A stretch of DNA of 64,000 nucleotides from contig JBAZYN010000001.1 of the NCBI GenBank assembly GCA_041659325.1, positions 366,819 through 430,818 of the forward strand, given 5' to 3'. Each line of letters starts with the position of its first letter. Positions within the stretch are counted from its first letter, which is position 1. This document shows, piece after piece, positions 1 through 9,621 of this stretch. The notes below the pieces were generated by a model. The model saw only the letters and a program-made list of their open reading frames with translations, made no database searches and was not told the origin of the DNA. The position numbers were made by a program, and so were the translations under genes. Origin of the DNA: Candidatus Shapirobacteria bacterium. GTDB lineage: Bacteria; Patescibacteriota; Microgenomatia; UBA12405.

Positions 1-21
1 CCGTACTTTAATCTTCGGGAT

Positions 22-1011
22 ATGAACATATCACCGGATTTCCCGACCAGTATCAAAGAATTTATGGTTCATTACAACAAAATTACCGGTAATAAAGACA
101 AGATTGATGCTGTCGTTGCTCTGGATACAAACTTTCTCGTCGACCTCGTAAAAGTTCTCGGGCGGGTAGGTGTATCCGGATTCGGAAATTTTTCTGCCGA
201 ACCGGACAAGCGGTGCGACGGTTGTCCTCAGATCATCTACCAACTCGAATGGATCGCCGGACGGCCTAGAAATTATATAGAAACAGACCGCAAAGGTTTC
301 CTGGGGCCTCTCATGAACTCTCTTTTGTCAAACGCCATGGGTTCAGAAAAAAGCAAAATCGGTCCTCTGGCTCAGGCTGGATTTGACAATATCTTTCAAA
401 AACATATCCTTTTCTATTTCATCGACTCGGATATGCAAAATGCAGCCGAACTGGCAAACATTGGCGGAAAAATTGTTGATCCGGGATCCGACGTAGATTA
501 TTTTCACCTCAACGATGCCAATATGTCTTCGGCAAAAACCAACCTCTTCCTCCGTCAAAAAATCAAGCATGAGATTATCAGTAAAGATGGAAAAGTAGAA
601 CATAAAATTACCGTTACCTACATCAACCCCAGCAAAGGGTCCAATTGTAATTTGGAGAAGGGAGACCTCTGCCTGAACGCTTCCAAGTATCGAAATTGGT
701 TTAGATTTTACGTTCCGAAAGGTTCCACCATGGTCAAAATGACCGGGTCTGAGGTTGAGCCTGTTTTATACGAAGAACTCGGCAAACAGGTTTTTGAAGG
801 CTTTTACGGGAATCGGTTTTTCCTGGCTCCGGAATCCAGTGTAAAAACATCAATTCAATACACTAGCAGTATCCCGGCAAGCTCAAATTACACTCTATAT
901 CTCCAAAAACAACCAGGGACAAAAGCTACCGAATACGACCTCACGGTAAACGGCAAAAAACAGGACACTTTCAGCTGGGTGGCCGACAAAACAATCAAAC
1001 TAGCTCTGTAA
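22..1011 (+). CDS. Hypothetical protein, 5'-truncated by the window edge; no confidently recognised domain
   Basis: Long ORF running in from the window start with normal AT-rich codon usage. The next gene starts 3 nt after its stop. Confidence 0.4.
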   Translation: MNISPDFPTSIKEFMVHYNKITGNKDKIDAVVALDTNFLVDLVKVLGRVGVSGFGNFSAEPDKRCDGCPQIIYQLEWIAGRPRNYIETDRKGFLGPLMNSLLSNAMGSEKSKIGPLAQAGFDNIFQKHILFYFIDSDMQNAAELANIGGKIVDPGSDVDYFHLNDANMSSAKTNLFLRQKIKHEIISKDGKVEHKITVTYINPSKGSNCNLEKGDLCLNASKYRNWFRFYVPKGSTMVKMTGSEVEPVLYEELGKQVFEGFYGNRFFLAPESSVKTSIQYTSSIPASSNYTLYLQKQPGTKATEYDLTVNGKKQDTFSWVADKTIKLAL

Positions 1012-1013
1012 CA

Positions 1014-1574
1014 ATGAACCGTTATTCCAATACCCAGGGATTGGTTATCAACAAGAAAAGTATAAATGAAGCGGATATCCTGATAACCCTTCTAACCCCC
1101 GCCAAAGGCAAAATCACCGCTCTGGCAAAAGGTGTAAAAAACATCAAAAGCAGCCGAATCGGCAGCCTTCAACTAGGTAACCTGATAAAGGTAAATCTAT
1201 ACGCCAAAGATAATTTTAACTGGATTTCCGAAGCCCAAACAATTACTCAATTTCTTAGAACCAAAAAAAATCTTACCCAGGTAAATTTATTGTTCTACTT
1301 TTTGGAAATAATAAACACCCTGATTGCCGAAAATCAACATATACCCCAGGTTTTTGACATTTCCAAAAACATTATTGAATCCATCAACAAAAATCAGGTC
1401 AGCCAATATATTGAAAATGAAATCAAACTCCTACGAATTCTCGGATTCGGTGTCACCACGGAAATCGAAAAATCCTATCTGGCAAAAGACTACCGAACCA
1501 CCCAAAAATATGTAAAACAATATTTTGAATCAATTATTGAAAAACCATTAAAATCAAACGAATTATTCAGATGA
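1014..1574 (+). CDS. recO: DNA repair protein RecO-like (short form)
   Basis: N-terminal OB-fold pattern (GLVINKKSINEADILITLLTPAKGKITALAKGVKN) resembles the RecO N-terminus. 186 aa. Its TGA stop overlaps the next ATG. Confidence 0.5.
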   Translation: MNRYSNTQGLVINKKSINEADILITLLTPAKGKITALAKGVKNIKSSRIGSLQLGNLIKVNLYAKDNFNWISEAQTITQFLRTKKNLTQVNLLFYFLEIINTLIAENQHIPQVFDISKNIIESINKNQVSQYIENEIKLLRILGFGVTTEIEKSYLAKDYRTTQKYVKQYFESIIEKPLKSNELFR

Positions 1575-2932
1575 GATATAAGCTGATTTTTATTATTCTA
1601 TTTTTTACCACCTGTTTTCTTAGACTTTACAATATCCAAACCACGGCCAGGTTTACCAGAGACGAATCAAGCGATTTGGTAAATATAAAAAAAATTTATG
1701 ATGCCCGAAAAGTCACCCTCATCGGACCGATAGGGGAGGGGAATGTCGCCATATTTAGCTCGCTTACCTATTACCTTTGTCTGCCTTTCACCATCCTCTT
1801 TAACTTTGATCCCATCAGCCCCGTTATTGCCACCTCCTTTTTTGGGATTGTCACGGTTTTACTTATTTGGAAACTACTGTCTCTAACCAACTTCAAACAT
1901 CATTTATTGTTTCTGATTCCCGTTTTTATTTTTCCCTACCTTGAATCTTCACGTTGGGCCTGGAACCCGCACTTTATCCCTTTCTGGCAAGTAATCGGTC
2001 TAATACTTTTTTACCTGAATATCCCTTTTAATTTTCTTTTGTCCGGTCTCGCCTTTGGGCTAACTATTCACCAACACTGGTACGCTGCCTTTTCTTGTCT
2101 CGGGGTGGCAATTCTTTTGTTTGCCGAAACAAAAAAAATAAAAACTCTGATTAGCTTCGGCCTGGGTCTTACCGCCTCCATTTTTCCTTTTGCCCTTTTT
2201 GATCTGACCCATCCACCGGGTTTATTTTTTAGCCGAATGATCAACTTCACCCCCATCTCACCCGGTTTGACCAACACCAATATCATCTCAATTGCCGGTC
2301 AATTTTTCTCTTATCTCGTAAACAACAACAGGAATATCGGAATTATTGTTTTTATCCTGAGTCTTGGTCTGATTCTCTACCGACAAAATAAATACCTCAT
2401 CCCCATAATTTTTCAATTCATTGGTCTTTCTTTTATCTCCACTCCGATTGCCAATCGATATCTTCTGCCCGGCGTTCTTTTTTATATTCTTTGGCTATCT
2501 CAAAACATAAAACAGAAACTGACAAAAATTATAATTGTCATAATTCTGGTCACCAACATCTATTACCTGCCTAAAGTTTTTTCACAAAACGACTGGTCAA
2601 CCAATATCAAAGCCCTAAAACAAATAACAAAGCAAATCGCCTCAGAATCCAAAATTGATAATTTACCCTTTAATATAATTGTTCTCCAAAGTCAGGACGG
2701 CAACACCAAAGGCAGCCGTTTTCGCGACCTCCTCTCTCTTCAAAACATCACCCCTCTTCCCCCAAACGACTATGACAATCCCCGAAGTTTATTTGTCATC
2801 AGCCAGAATACCTGGGATAACTTAAAGACCGATGCCGCCTATGAAATCAACAACTTCCGTTCTGACACCCCCACCTCTTGGTGGAAAATCGACAATTCGG
2901 TTTGGTTTTTATATAAAGTAAACAAAAATTAA
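1571..2932 (+). CDS. Polytopic membrane glycosyltransferase, GT39/GT83 (ArnT/PMT-like) family
   Basis: Many TM helices. N-terminal LRLYNI...RFTRDESSDLV matches the ArnT/PMT 'RLxNLG...DEA' start. Confidence 0.5.
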   Translation: MRYKLIFIILFFTTCFLRLYNIQTTARFTRDESSDLVNIKKIYDARKVTLIGPIGEGNVAIFSSLTYYLCLPFTILFNFDPISPVIATSFFGIVTVLLIWKLLSLTNFKHHLLFLIPVFIFPYLESSRWAWNPHFIPFWQVIGLILFYLNIPFNFLLSGLAFGLTIHQHWYAAFSCLGVAILLFAETKKIKTLISFGLGLTASIFPFALFDLTHPPGLFFSRMINFTPISPGLTNTNIISIAGQFFSYLVNNNRNIGIIVFILSLGLILYRQNKYLIPIIFQFIGLSFISTPIANRYLLPGVLFYILWLSQNIKQKLTKIIIVIILVTNIYYLPKVFSQNDWSTNIKALKQITKQIASESKIDNLPFNIIVLQSQDGNTKGSRFRDLLSLQNITPLPPNDYDNPRSLFVISQNTWDNLKTDAAYEINNFRSDTPTSWWKIDNSVWFLYKVNKN

Positions 2933-2947
2933 AGGTATAATAGGCTC

Positions 2948-4264
2948 ATGGAGAATAATACAGATGACTTAGTAGCCAAAATTGTTTCCCTTTGTAAACG
3001 CCGGGGAATTATTTATCAAAACTCAGAAATTTATGGCGGCATTCAGGGATTTTATGACTTTGGACCCATCGGTTCCCAAATGAAACTTAATTGGAAAAAC
3101 CTTTGGTGGAGAGACAACGTCACCAGAAGGCGGGATGTTGTCGGAATCGACGGTAGTATTATTACTCACCCAAAAGTTTGGGAAGCCTCCGGACACGTAA
3201 AGAATTTTGGTGATATTTTGGTCGAATGCAAATCCTGTCACAAACGTTTCCGTCCTGATCTAATCGGTAATGTTGCTAAGTGCCCCGAATGCAGCGGCCA
3301 ATTCACCGAAGGTCGAAAATATAACATACTGTTTGAAACAGATATCGGTGTAATCGAAGGTGAAAAAATGCATGCTTATCTTCGGGGAGAGGCCTGCCAA
3401 ACAATTTATCTGGATTTCAAAAATATCGTTGACTCCTGCCGGGTTAAAATCCCCTTTGGCATCGCCCAAATTGGTAAAGCCTTCAGAAACGAAATTACCC
3501 CAAAAAATTTCCTTTATCGAACCCGGGAGTTCGAACAATGGGATATTCAGTATTTTGTCCACCCCTCCGAGATGGATAAATGGTACGAATATTGGAAAGA
3601 AAGCCGGATGAACTGGTATCGATCACTATTCAACAATTCCAAAAGTCTTCGATTCCGTGCCCACGAAAAAGATGAACTGGCATTTTATGCCCAAAAAGCA
3701 TTTGATATCGAATACCAAGCCCCGTGGGGTTGGGCCGAAATGGAAGGTCTTCACTGGCGCGGAGATTATGATCTGACGCAACACAGTAAATTCAGCGGAC
3801 AAGACTTAAGCTATGTCGATCCTGTCACCCATGAAAAATATTTACCCCACATCACTGAGTGTTCCGGGGGTGTTGACCGAAGTTTCTTTTTCATGCTTCT
3901 TGACAGCTACAATGAACAAACATTGGAAAGCGGAGAAACCCGAATCTTTTTGAAAATTAATCCCAAAATTTCCGCCTACAAAATCGCCATAATTCCCTTG
4001 GCTTCAAATAAGCCCGACCTTGTTAGTCTGGCAGAGACTATTTACTCCGAACTTAGCTCTAGATACTCCGTGGATTGGGACGACAGCAGTAATATCGGTA
4101 AAAAATACCGTCGCCAGGACGAGATCGGTACCCCCTGGTGTCTTGTGGTTGACTTCCAGACTCTTGAAGACGGTACGGTTACTATCCGGGACCGTGATAC
4201 CATGGAACAAATCAGAATCAACAAAGACCACGTCGATTCCTGGTTGCAGGAAAAACTTATCTAA
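2948..4264 (+). CDS. glyQS: Glycine--tRNA ligase (class II, dimeric GlyQS type)
   Basis: GFYDFGPIG, anticodon-binding C-terminus and class II motifs. 438 aa. Confidence 0.9.
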   Translation: MENNTDDLVAKIVSLCKRRGIIYQNSEIYGGIQGFYDFGPIGSQMKLNWKNLWWRDNVTRRRDVVGIDGSIITHPKVWEASGHVKNFGDILVECKSCHKRFRPDLIGNVAKCPECSGQFTEGRKYNILFETDIGVIEGEKMHAYLRGEACQTIYLDFKNIVDSCRVKIPFGIAQIGKAFRNEITPKNFLYRTREFEQWDIQYFVHPSEMDKWYEYWKESRMNWYRSLFNNSKSLRFRAHEKDELAFYAQKAFDIEYQAPWGWAEMEGLHWRGDYDLTQHSKFSGQDLSYVDPVTHEKYLPHITECSGGVDRSFFFMLLDSYNEQTLESGETRIFLKINPKISAYKIAIIPLASNKPDLVSLAETIYSELSSRYSVDWDDSSNIGKKYRRQDEIGTPWCLVVDFQTLEDGTVTIRDRDTMEQIRINKDHVDSWLQEKLI

Positions 4265-4283
4265 AACCTTTATAATCATTACT

Positions 4284-4928
4284 ATGCAAAAACAAAATCG
4301 AATAATAACTCTCAGCATTTTATCTCTATCAATGTTACTTCTTTCTGCCTGTGGAGCCAAAAAACCCGAATCCAATACCCAGCCAACCCCTACCGTCACT
4401 AAGTTGATTGAATTAACCCCGGAAGAACAACCCTACATTAAACTTATTCCCAGAGCCGATGGCCACGAGCTAAAGCTGGTCATTCAAAAACTAAACACCA
4501 ACATCAGTGAAATCGACTATGAATTAATCTATACCGCCACCGACAACGGCCAGGAGATTGAAAAAGGAGTAAGCGGCAACATGAAGGTAGAGGGTAAATC
4601 AGTTGAAAGGGATTTGCTGCTTGGAACTGCCAGTTGCACCAATGGCTGTAAATACAAATATGACACCGGTATCAGTCAGGGGACATTAATGCTAACTTTG
4701 GCCACTTCTTCCGGCCAGGTTTCGACTTTTGAGACCCCCTTTACCCTTAAATCAGCCGCCGCCCTAAAAACAGAAAAGGAAATTAAGCTCCCCACCGCAA
4801 ATTTTTCGGTTAAGGTCACACCAAAGACCGGAGAATACTATACCGTCATCAAAAACGCCCTTGTCTATTCTGTATTTTCCAGTAACACCAGCAATCCCCT
4901 GGTTAGCGAAACTCCGCTTGACAATTAA
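4284..4928 (+). CDS. Putative lipoprotein of unknown function
   Basis: Internal Met start of ORF 4020..4928, immediately after the glyQS stop. The signal peptide ends in the lipobox LLSAC. Confidence 0.5.
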   Translation: MQKQNRIITLSILSLSMLLLSACGAKKPESNTQPTPTVTKLIELTPEEQPYIKLIPRADGHELKLVIQKLNTNISEIDYELIYTATDNGQEIEKGVSGNMKVEGKSVERDLLLGTASCTNGCKYKYDTGISQGTLMLTLATSSGQVSTFETPFTLKSAAALKTEKEIKLPTANFSVKVTPKTGEYYTVIKNALVYSVFSSNTSNPLVSETPLDN

Positions 4929-4929
4929 A

Positions 4930-5799
4930 ATGCTCTATCACACCCCGGTTCTGGTTGAAGAGACAATCCAATTTTTCGACCCAAAACCTGGTCAGATATA
5001 TATCGACGCTACACTCGGAAATGGCGGACATACTATAGAAATTCTAAAAACCGGTGCTAAAGTTTTTGGCATTGACCAGGATCCACTTAACCTGAAAATT
5101 GCCACTACAAGAATCAGCGAGGCGAACCTTGATAATAAATTTATTCCTATCCACGGAAATTTTAACGATTTAGAAAATATATTTTCAAAAACTATTCAGA
5201 CTCCACCCGATGGTATCCTGTTCGATTTGGGATTAAGTCAAAACCAACAATTATCCCGAAACAGGGGATTCTCTTTTAATGACGATCTTTCTCTGGATAT
5301 GCGACTCGATCCCGAAAACCAGGAAATTACCGCCGAATATATTGTCAATACCTATTCTTTTGACGAACTTTACGAAATCTTTACAAAATACGCCCAGGAA
5401 ATATATAGTAAACCACTAATCATTAGAATTATAAAAGCCCGTCAAAAAAAACCGGTCAAAAACAGTTCTCAACTGGCAAATATTATCAGGGATTACTATC
5501 GGGAAAAACACAACCAGTCACGCATTGACCCAAGTACAAAAATATTTATGGCCCTAAGAATTGCCGTTAACAACGAATTTAGTAATCTCAAGTCAGCCCT
5601 AACTCAAGCCGTCAATATTTCAAAACCCCAAACCACCATTTGCGTTATTACCTTCCATTCCGGGGAAGATAGAATTATAAAACAGTTTATTAAAAAAAAT
5701 TTCCCAAACGCCCCCAAACCCATAATGCCTACTCAAAAAGAAATAACGAAAAACCCATTATCCCGCTCTGCCATCCTCAGATCGTTTAGAATTAGCTAA
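4930..5799 (+). CDS. rsmH: 16S rRNA (cytosine1402-N4)-methyltransferase RsmH (MraW)
   Basis: Start chosen at MLYHTPVLVEE, 1 nt after the lipoprotein stop. Has the DATLGNGGH motif and sits first in the dcw cluster. Confidence 0.9.
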   Translation: MLYHTPVLVEETIQFFDPKPGQIYIDATLGNGGHTIEILKTGAKVFGIDQDPLNLKIATTRISEANLDNKFIPIHGNFNDLENIFSKTIQTPPDGILFDLGLSQNQQLSRNRGFSFNDDLSLDMRLDPENQEITAEYIVNTYSFDELYEIFTKYAQEIYSKPLIIRIIKARQKKPVKNSSQLANIIRDYYREKHNQSRIDPSTKIFMALRIAVNNEFSNLKSALTQAVNISKPQTTICVITFHSGEDRIIKQFIKKNFPNAPKPIMPTQKEITKNPLSRSAILRSFRIS

Positions 5800-6062
5800 T
5801 GCCGATCAAAAATTTCTTAATCCTGTCGCTCGCTTTTTCACTCTTACTTCAGATATCTTTTTCCATTTATTACTCAAGTGAAATTACTACCCAAAATACC
5901 AACCACAAAAACCTATTGGAAAATATCGATAAATTAGAAACTGAACACCAGAATCTTCAAGCGATCCTGGCTACTGAAACCTCACTCACTAAGCTCGAGC
6001 CATACCTAATCGGGAAAAATTATCAGCCGATTTGGCAACTTATTGACTTAAATCAACCATAA
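5799..6062 (+). CDS. ftsL: FtsL-like cell-division protein (single TM plus coiled coil)
   Basis: 87 aa with an N-terminal TM and a leucine-rich coiled coil. Positioned between rsmH and ftsI with a TAATG overlap. Confidence 0.5.
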   Translation: MPIKNFLILSLAFSLLLQISFSIYYSSEITTQNTNHKNLLENIDKLETEHQNLQAILATETSLTKLEPYLIGKNYQPIWQLIDLNQP

Positions 6063-6063
6063 T

Positions 6064-7671
6064 ATGTATCAAAAGAGAGCTAAGACAGTTTTTCTGACAA
6101 TATTGTTAGCATTTTCCGCCATTATATTGAGATTATTTTATTGGCAAATCATAAAGGGTGATGAGTTCAGAAAAAAAGCAATACTTCAAACTTATAAACT
6201 TGAAAAAATCCTTCCGGCAAAAGGCACCATAAATTCAGCAGACGGCTACCCCATGGCTCTAAGTCAGGACATCTACCAAGTATCGATTTATAAACCAAAT
6301 CTTAAGACAAATATCGACAACGTTATCTACCAGATAAATCAATCTATTCCCAACCTTATAGACTCCACCCATCCAACGGTAAAATCATTCATTACAAACC
6401 AAAATATAAAATGGGTAGACCTGCCGACCAAAATCTCCAAAGACAAAGTTGAAAAAATTAATCTACCAGGAATTAGTTTCAAGAAATATCAATCAAGGTT
6501 TTACCCGGAAAATCACCTGGCAAAAAATATTCTTTCCGGCCTGGAAAATTATTATATTAAACAACTTGCCGGAAAAACCGGCTTTTCCTTAACCGCCAAA
6601 GATGCCGTCGGCAACATCCTTCTGACCAAAAAAAGCTGGAATAAACTGGCAGTAGATGGACAAAATTTGCATCTTTACCTAAACCGCGGTATTCAGTTAC
6701 AAACCGAGCAGCTGTTGTCAAAAGGGATAAGACAATTCTCGGCCGACTCAGGATCAATTATTATTATCGATCCGCAAACGGGGGGAATACTTGCCATGTC
6801 TTCCCAAGGGGCCACAGACTCGGCAATACTAAATACACCACAAAACACTACTATTTCTAATCTGTTCGAGCCCGGTTCTATCTTCAAGCCACTGGTTGTT
6901 TCCATGGCTCTGGACATAAGTGCAATTCAGCCCGACTATATCTGCACTAAATGCAACCAGACTATAACCTTCGGTGAATATACCATTGGAAACTGGGACA
7001 ATCAAATCCATCCCGACTCAACCCTAAACGATATTATCAAAAACTCCGACAATATCGGCATGAGCCATATTATTGCCCGGCTCAGACTCGATAATTTTTT
7101 GAAATACTACTCGGAGCTTGGTTTAACTCAAAAAACCGGAATAGACCTCCAGGGAGAAACAAAACCTGTCGCAAAAAAATACTGGAGTGATGTTGATCTG
7201 GCCACCGCCTCCTTTGGGCAGGGGATAGCCGTGACTCAAATTCAGATGGTTCAGGCTTTCAACACCATTGCCAACAACGGCATTTTGGTACCTCCGAAAC
7301 TCGTTAAATCAATTACTGAAAACAACAAAACCATCAAAACAGGTCAACAAAAAATCAAAAGAGTTTTTCAGGAATCAACCATAAAAGAAGTAAAATCCAT
7401 CCTTAAATTTGCAGTAGAAAACGGCGCTATTTCCGGATTGAAACCAAAACAAATGGAAGTATGTGCCAAAAGTGGTACTGCTCAAGTGGCTGTTAAAGGC
7501 GGGTATTCAGAAAGCTCAGGTATCGCCTCATACATCGGTTTCTCCCCCTGCCAAAATCCAAAGTTTACCATGATTGTCACCATCAACAACCCAAAAACAT
7601 CTTCCTGGGGATCGAGTACTGCTGCTCCGATATGGTTCGATTTGGCCAGTCGTATCTACAATTTGCTATAA
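6064..7671 (+). CDS. ftsI: Class B penicillin-binding protein (FtsI, transpeptidase)
   Basis: N-terminal TM plus SXXK (GSIFKP), SXN (NSDNIG) and KTG (AKSGTA) motifs. Confidence 0.85.
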   Translation: MYQKRAKTVFLTILLAFSAIILRLFYWQIIKGDEFRKKAILQTYKLEKILPAKGTINSADGYPMALSQDIYQVSIYKPNLKTNIDNVIYQINQSIPNLIDSTHPTVKSFITNQNIKWVDLPTKISKDKVEKINLPGISFKKYQSRFYPENHLAKNILSGLENYYIKQLAGKTGFSLTAKDAVGNILLTKKSWNKLAVDGQNLHLYLNRGIQLQTEQLLSKGIRQFSADSGSIIIIDPQTGGILAMSSQGATDSAILNTPQNTTISNLFEPGSIFKPLVVSMALDISAIQPDYICTKCNQTITFGEYTIGNWDNQIHPDSTLNDIIKNSDNIGMSHIIARLRLDNFLKYYSELGLTQKTGIDLQGETKPVAKKYWSDVDLATASFGQGIAVTQIQMVQAFNTIANNGILVPPKLVKSITENNKTIKTGQQKIKRVFQESTIKEVKSILKFAVENGAISGLKPKQMEVCAKSGTAQVAVKGGYSESSGIASYIGFSPCQNPKFTMIVTINNPKTSSWGSSTAAPIWFDLASRIYNLL

Positions 7672-8990
7672 TTAACCCAATCTCAATGTTTTTTCTCCAA
7701 AAAATAAAAAACCTGTTTTGGCACCTACCGAAAAGTATATTTTTTAACCTATATTACGGTCTCCCTTCGAGAAAACTAATATTAATCGGTGTTACCGGTA
7801 CGGACGGGAAAACTACTACTTGTACTTTGATTCATGAAATTCTGAAAAACAACGGCCTCCAATCCGGCCTGATAAGCACCATCCATGCCAAAATTGGCGA
7901 CAAAATTATCGAAACCGGACTTCATACCACCAGTCCGGACCCAAAATTAATCCAACAACTATTTCGCCGGATGGTCAAGGCCGGTCTTACCCACTGTGTA
8001 TGCGAAGTCACCTCCCATGCCCTGGATCAAAACAGGTTTTGGGGATGTCAGTTTGAAATATCCGCCATTACCAATACTTCCCATGAACACCTCGATTACC
8101 ACAAAACAATGGAAAATTATCTTCGCTCAAAAACGAAACTTTTCCGAATTTCTAATCACGCCATTCTAAATAAAGACGATCCTTCATACAACATTATTTC
8201 CCCCACCGTCACTGTCCCTCATAAAACTTATAGCATTAATAAAAAATCTGATTTTCAGGCGAAAGATATCACCATCAAAAAAACTTACATGGAGTTTATG
8301 GTCAATGGAGTCAAAATTAAAACCGACAGTAACTACCACTACCAAATATACAATATCCTTGCCTCATTGGCCGTTACTAAACACCTCGGAATAAACATCC
8401 ATACCGCCAAATCAACCATCGTAAAATTTCCCGAAACCAAAGGCCGCCGAGAAGAGGTTCCCAATGAATTTGGTATCAAAACTATCATCGATTTTGCTCA
8501 TACTCCCTATGCCCTGGAAAGTACTTTAAGCGCTCTTAAAAATATAACTCCAAACAATCTGATTGTAATTTTTGGGGCAACCGGTGGACGAGACAAAAGT
8601 AAAAGGCCACTTATGGGCAAAACGGTTTCCCATGTCGCCAATATTGCCCTTCTTACTTCCGACGACACCAGAAACGAAAAAGTTGAAGATATCAACGAAC
8701 AAATTATAAGTGGAATTGACAAGAATTTATCCGAATTATGGGACTACAAAGAAGTTCAGTCTCAAAATTTATATTCCAAAGTGACCCAAGCCGCAAGAAA
8801 AAAATTTACTTTTATGAATATCCCCAATCGCCAGGACGCTTTTAACATCGCCGCCAAACTGGCTCACCCGGGTGACACAATAGTCGCCTGCGGAAAGGGT
8901 CACGAAACAACTATTTTACACGGCTCAACCGAATATCCATGGTCAGAATCAGAAGCCTTCAGAAGTGCTCTTAGATTTCGAAATATCTAA
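7632..8990 (+). CDS. murE: UDP-MurNAc-tripeptide synthetase MurE-like Mur ligase
   Basis: P-loop GVTGTDGKTTT and C-terminal TSDDTRNE, which corresponds to the MurE 'TSDNPR.E' region. The N-terminal domain is unusually short. Sits in the dcw position after ftsI. Confidence 0.75.
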   Translation: MVRFGQSYLQFAIINPISMFFLQKIKNLFWHLPKSIFFNLYYGLPSRKLILIGVTGTDGKTTTCTLIHEILKNNGLQSGLISTIHAKIGDKIIETGLHTTSPDPKLIQQLFRRMVKAGLTHCVCEVTSHALDQNRFWGCQFEISAITNTSHEHLDYHKTMENYLRSKTKLFRISNHAILNKDDPSYNIISPTVTVPHKTYSINKKSDFQAKDITIKKTYMEFMVNGVKIKTDSNYHYQIYNILASLAVTKHLGINIHTAKSTIVKFPETKGRREEVPNEFGIKTIIDFAHTPYALESTLSALKNITPNNLIVIFGATGGRDKSKRPLMGKTVSHVANIALLTSDDTRNEKVEDINEQIISGIDKNLSELWDYKEVQSQNLYSKVTQAARKKFTFMNIPNRQDAFNIAAKLAHPGDTIVACGKGHETTILHGSTEYPWSESEAFRSALRFRNI

Positions 8991-8991
8991 T

Positions 8992-9582
8992 ATGACTCAA
9001 TACAACCTTCAAATTAATTCCCCCGTTGACGAAAACTACGAACATGGGTTTTTACCCCAAAGAAACAACAAAAACCTCTTTTATCAGGAAACTAGCTCAC
9101 GCTCAAATCTTCACCACTTCTCCCTCAGTTCAGAAAACAGAAGAATTATTTCTAAAACCACACAATATAACTACGACTTTCTACCGCTAGCTGATTTTAC
9201 CTATAGTCTGTCCATAAAAAAAACAATCAATACCTGGATTCACAAACTTGGCTGGATTTTTCCGATGGGTTCGGTAAAAACAATATTTAATAATCATATC
9301 TTTAATTACCTTTATATCTGGAAAAATGAGCAACAACAAGTTATTGCTTATTCGATATGTTATTTTTCTGAAAAAATTTCTCATATTGCTTACGTTTTTT
9401 ACGACCCCACTTATTCGCACACCAATTTCCCGATCAGATTAACTCTGCAAACAGTTATCGACAGCCAAAAGAGGGGACTCGATTATTGTTATCTGGGCAG
9501 GTTCTCAAAAGATTCTGGATACTATAAAAGAACCATGCCCGGCTTCGAATATTTTAAAGATAATAAATGGATTACATTATAA
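8992..9582 (+). CDS. Arginyl/leucyl-tRNA--protein transferase C-terminal (ATE_C/Bpt-like) domain protein
   Basis: C-terminal YLGRFSKDSGYYKRTMPGFEYF..W matches the Bpt/ATE_C signature (YLGYW..S.KM.YK..F.P.E...W). The ATG lies 1 nt after the murE TAA. The Cys-rich ATE_N region is absent. Confidence 0.5.
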   Translation: MTQYNLQINSPVDENYEHGFLPQRNNKNLFYQETSSRSNLHHFSLSSENRRIISKTTQYNYDFLPLADFTYSLSIKKTINTWIHKLGWIFPMGSVKTIFNNHIFNYLYIWKNEQQQVIAYSICYFSEKISHIAYVFYDPTYSHTNFPIRLTLQTVIDSQKRGLDYCYLGRFSKDSGYYKRTMPGFEYFKDNKWITL

Positions 9583-9621
9583 ACTTTAAGACTTTTAGAC
9601 TTTTAGACTTCATAAATTAAT

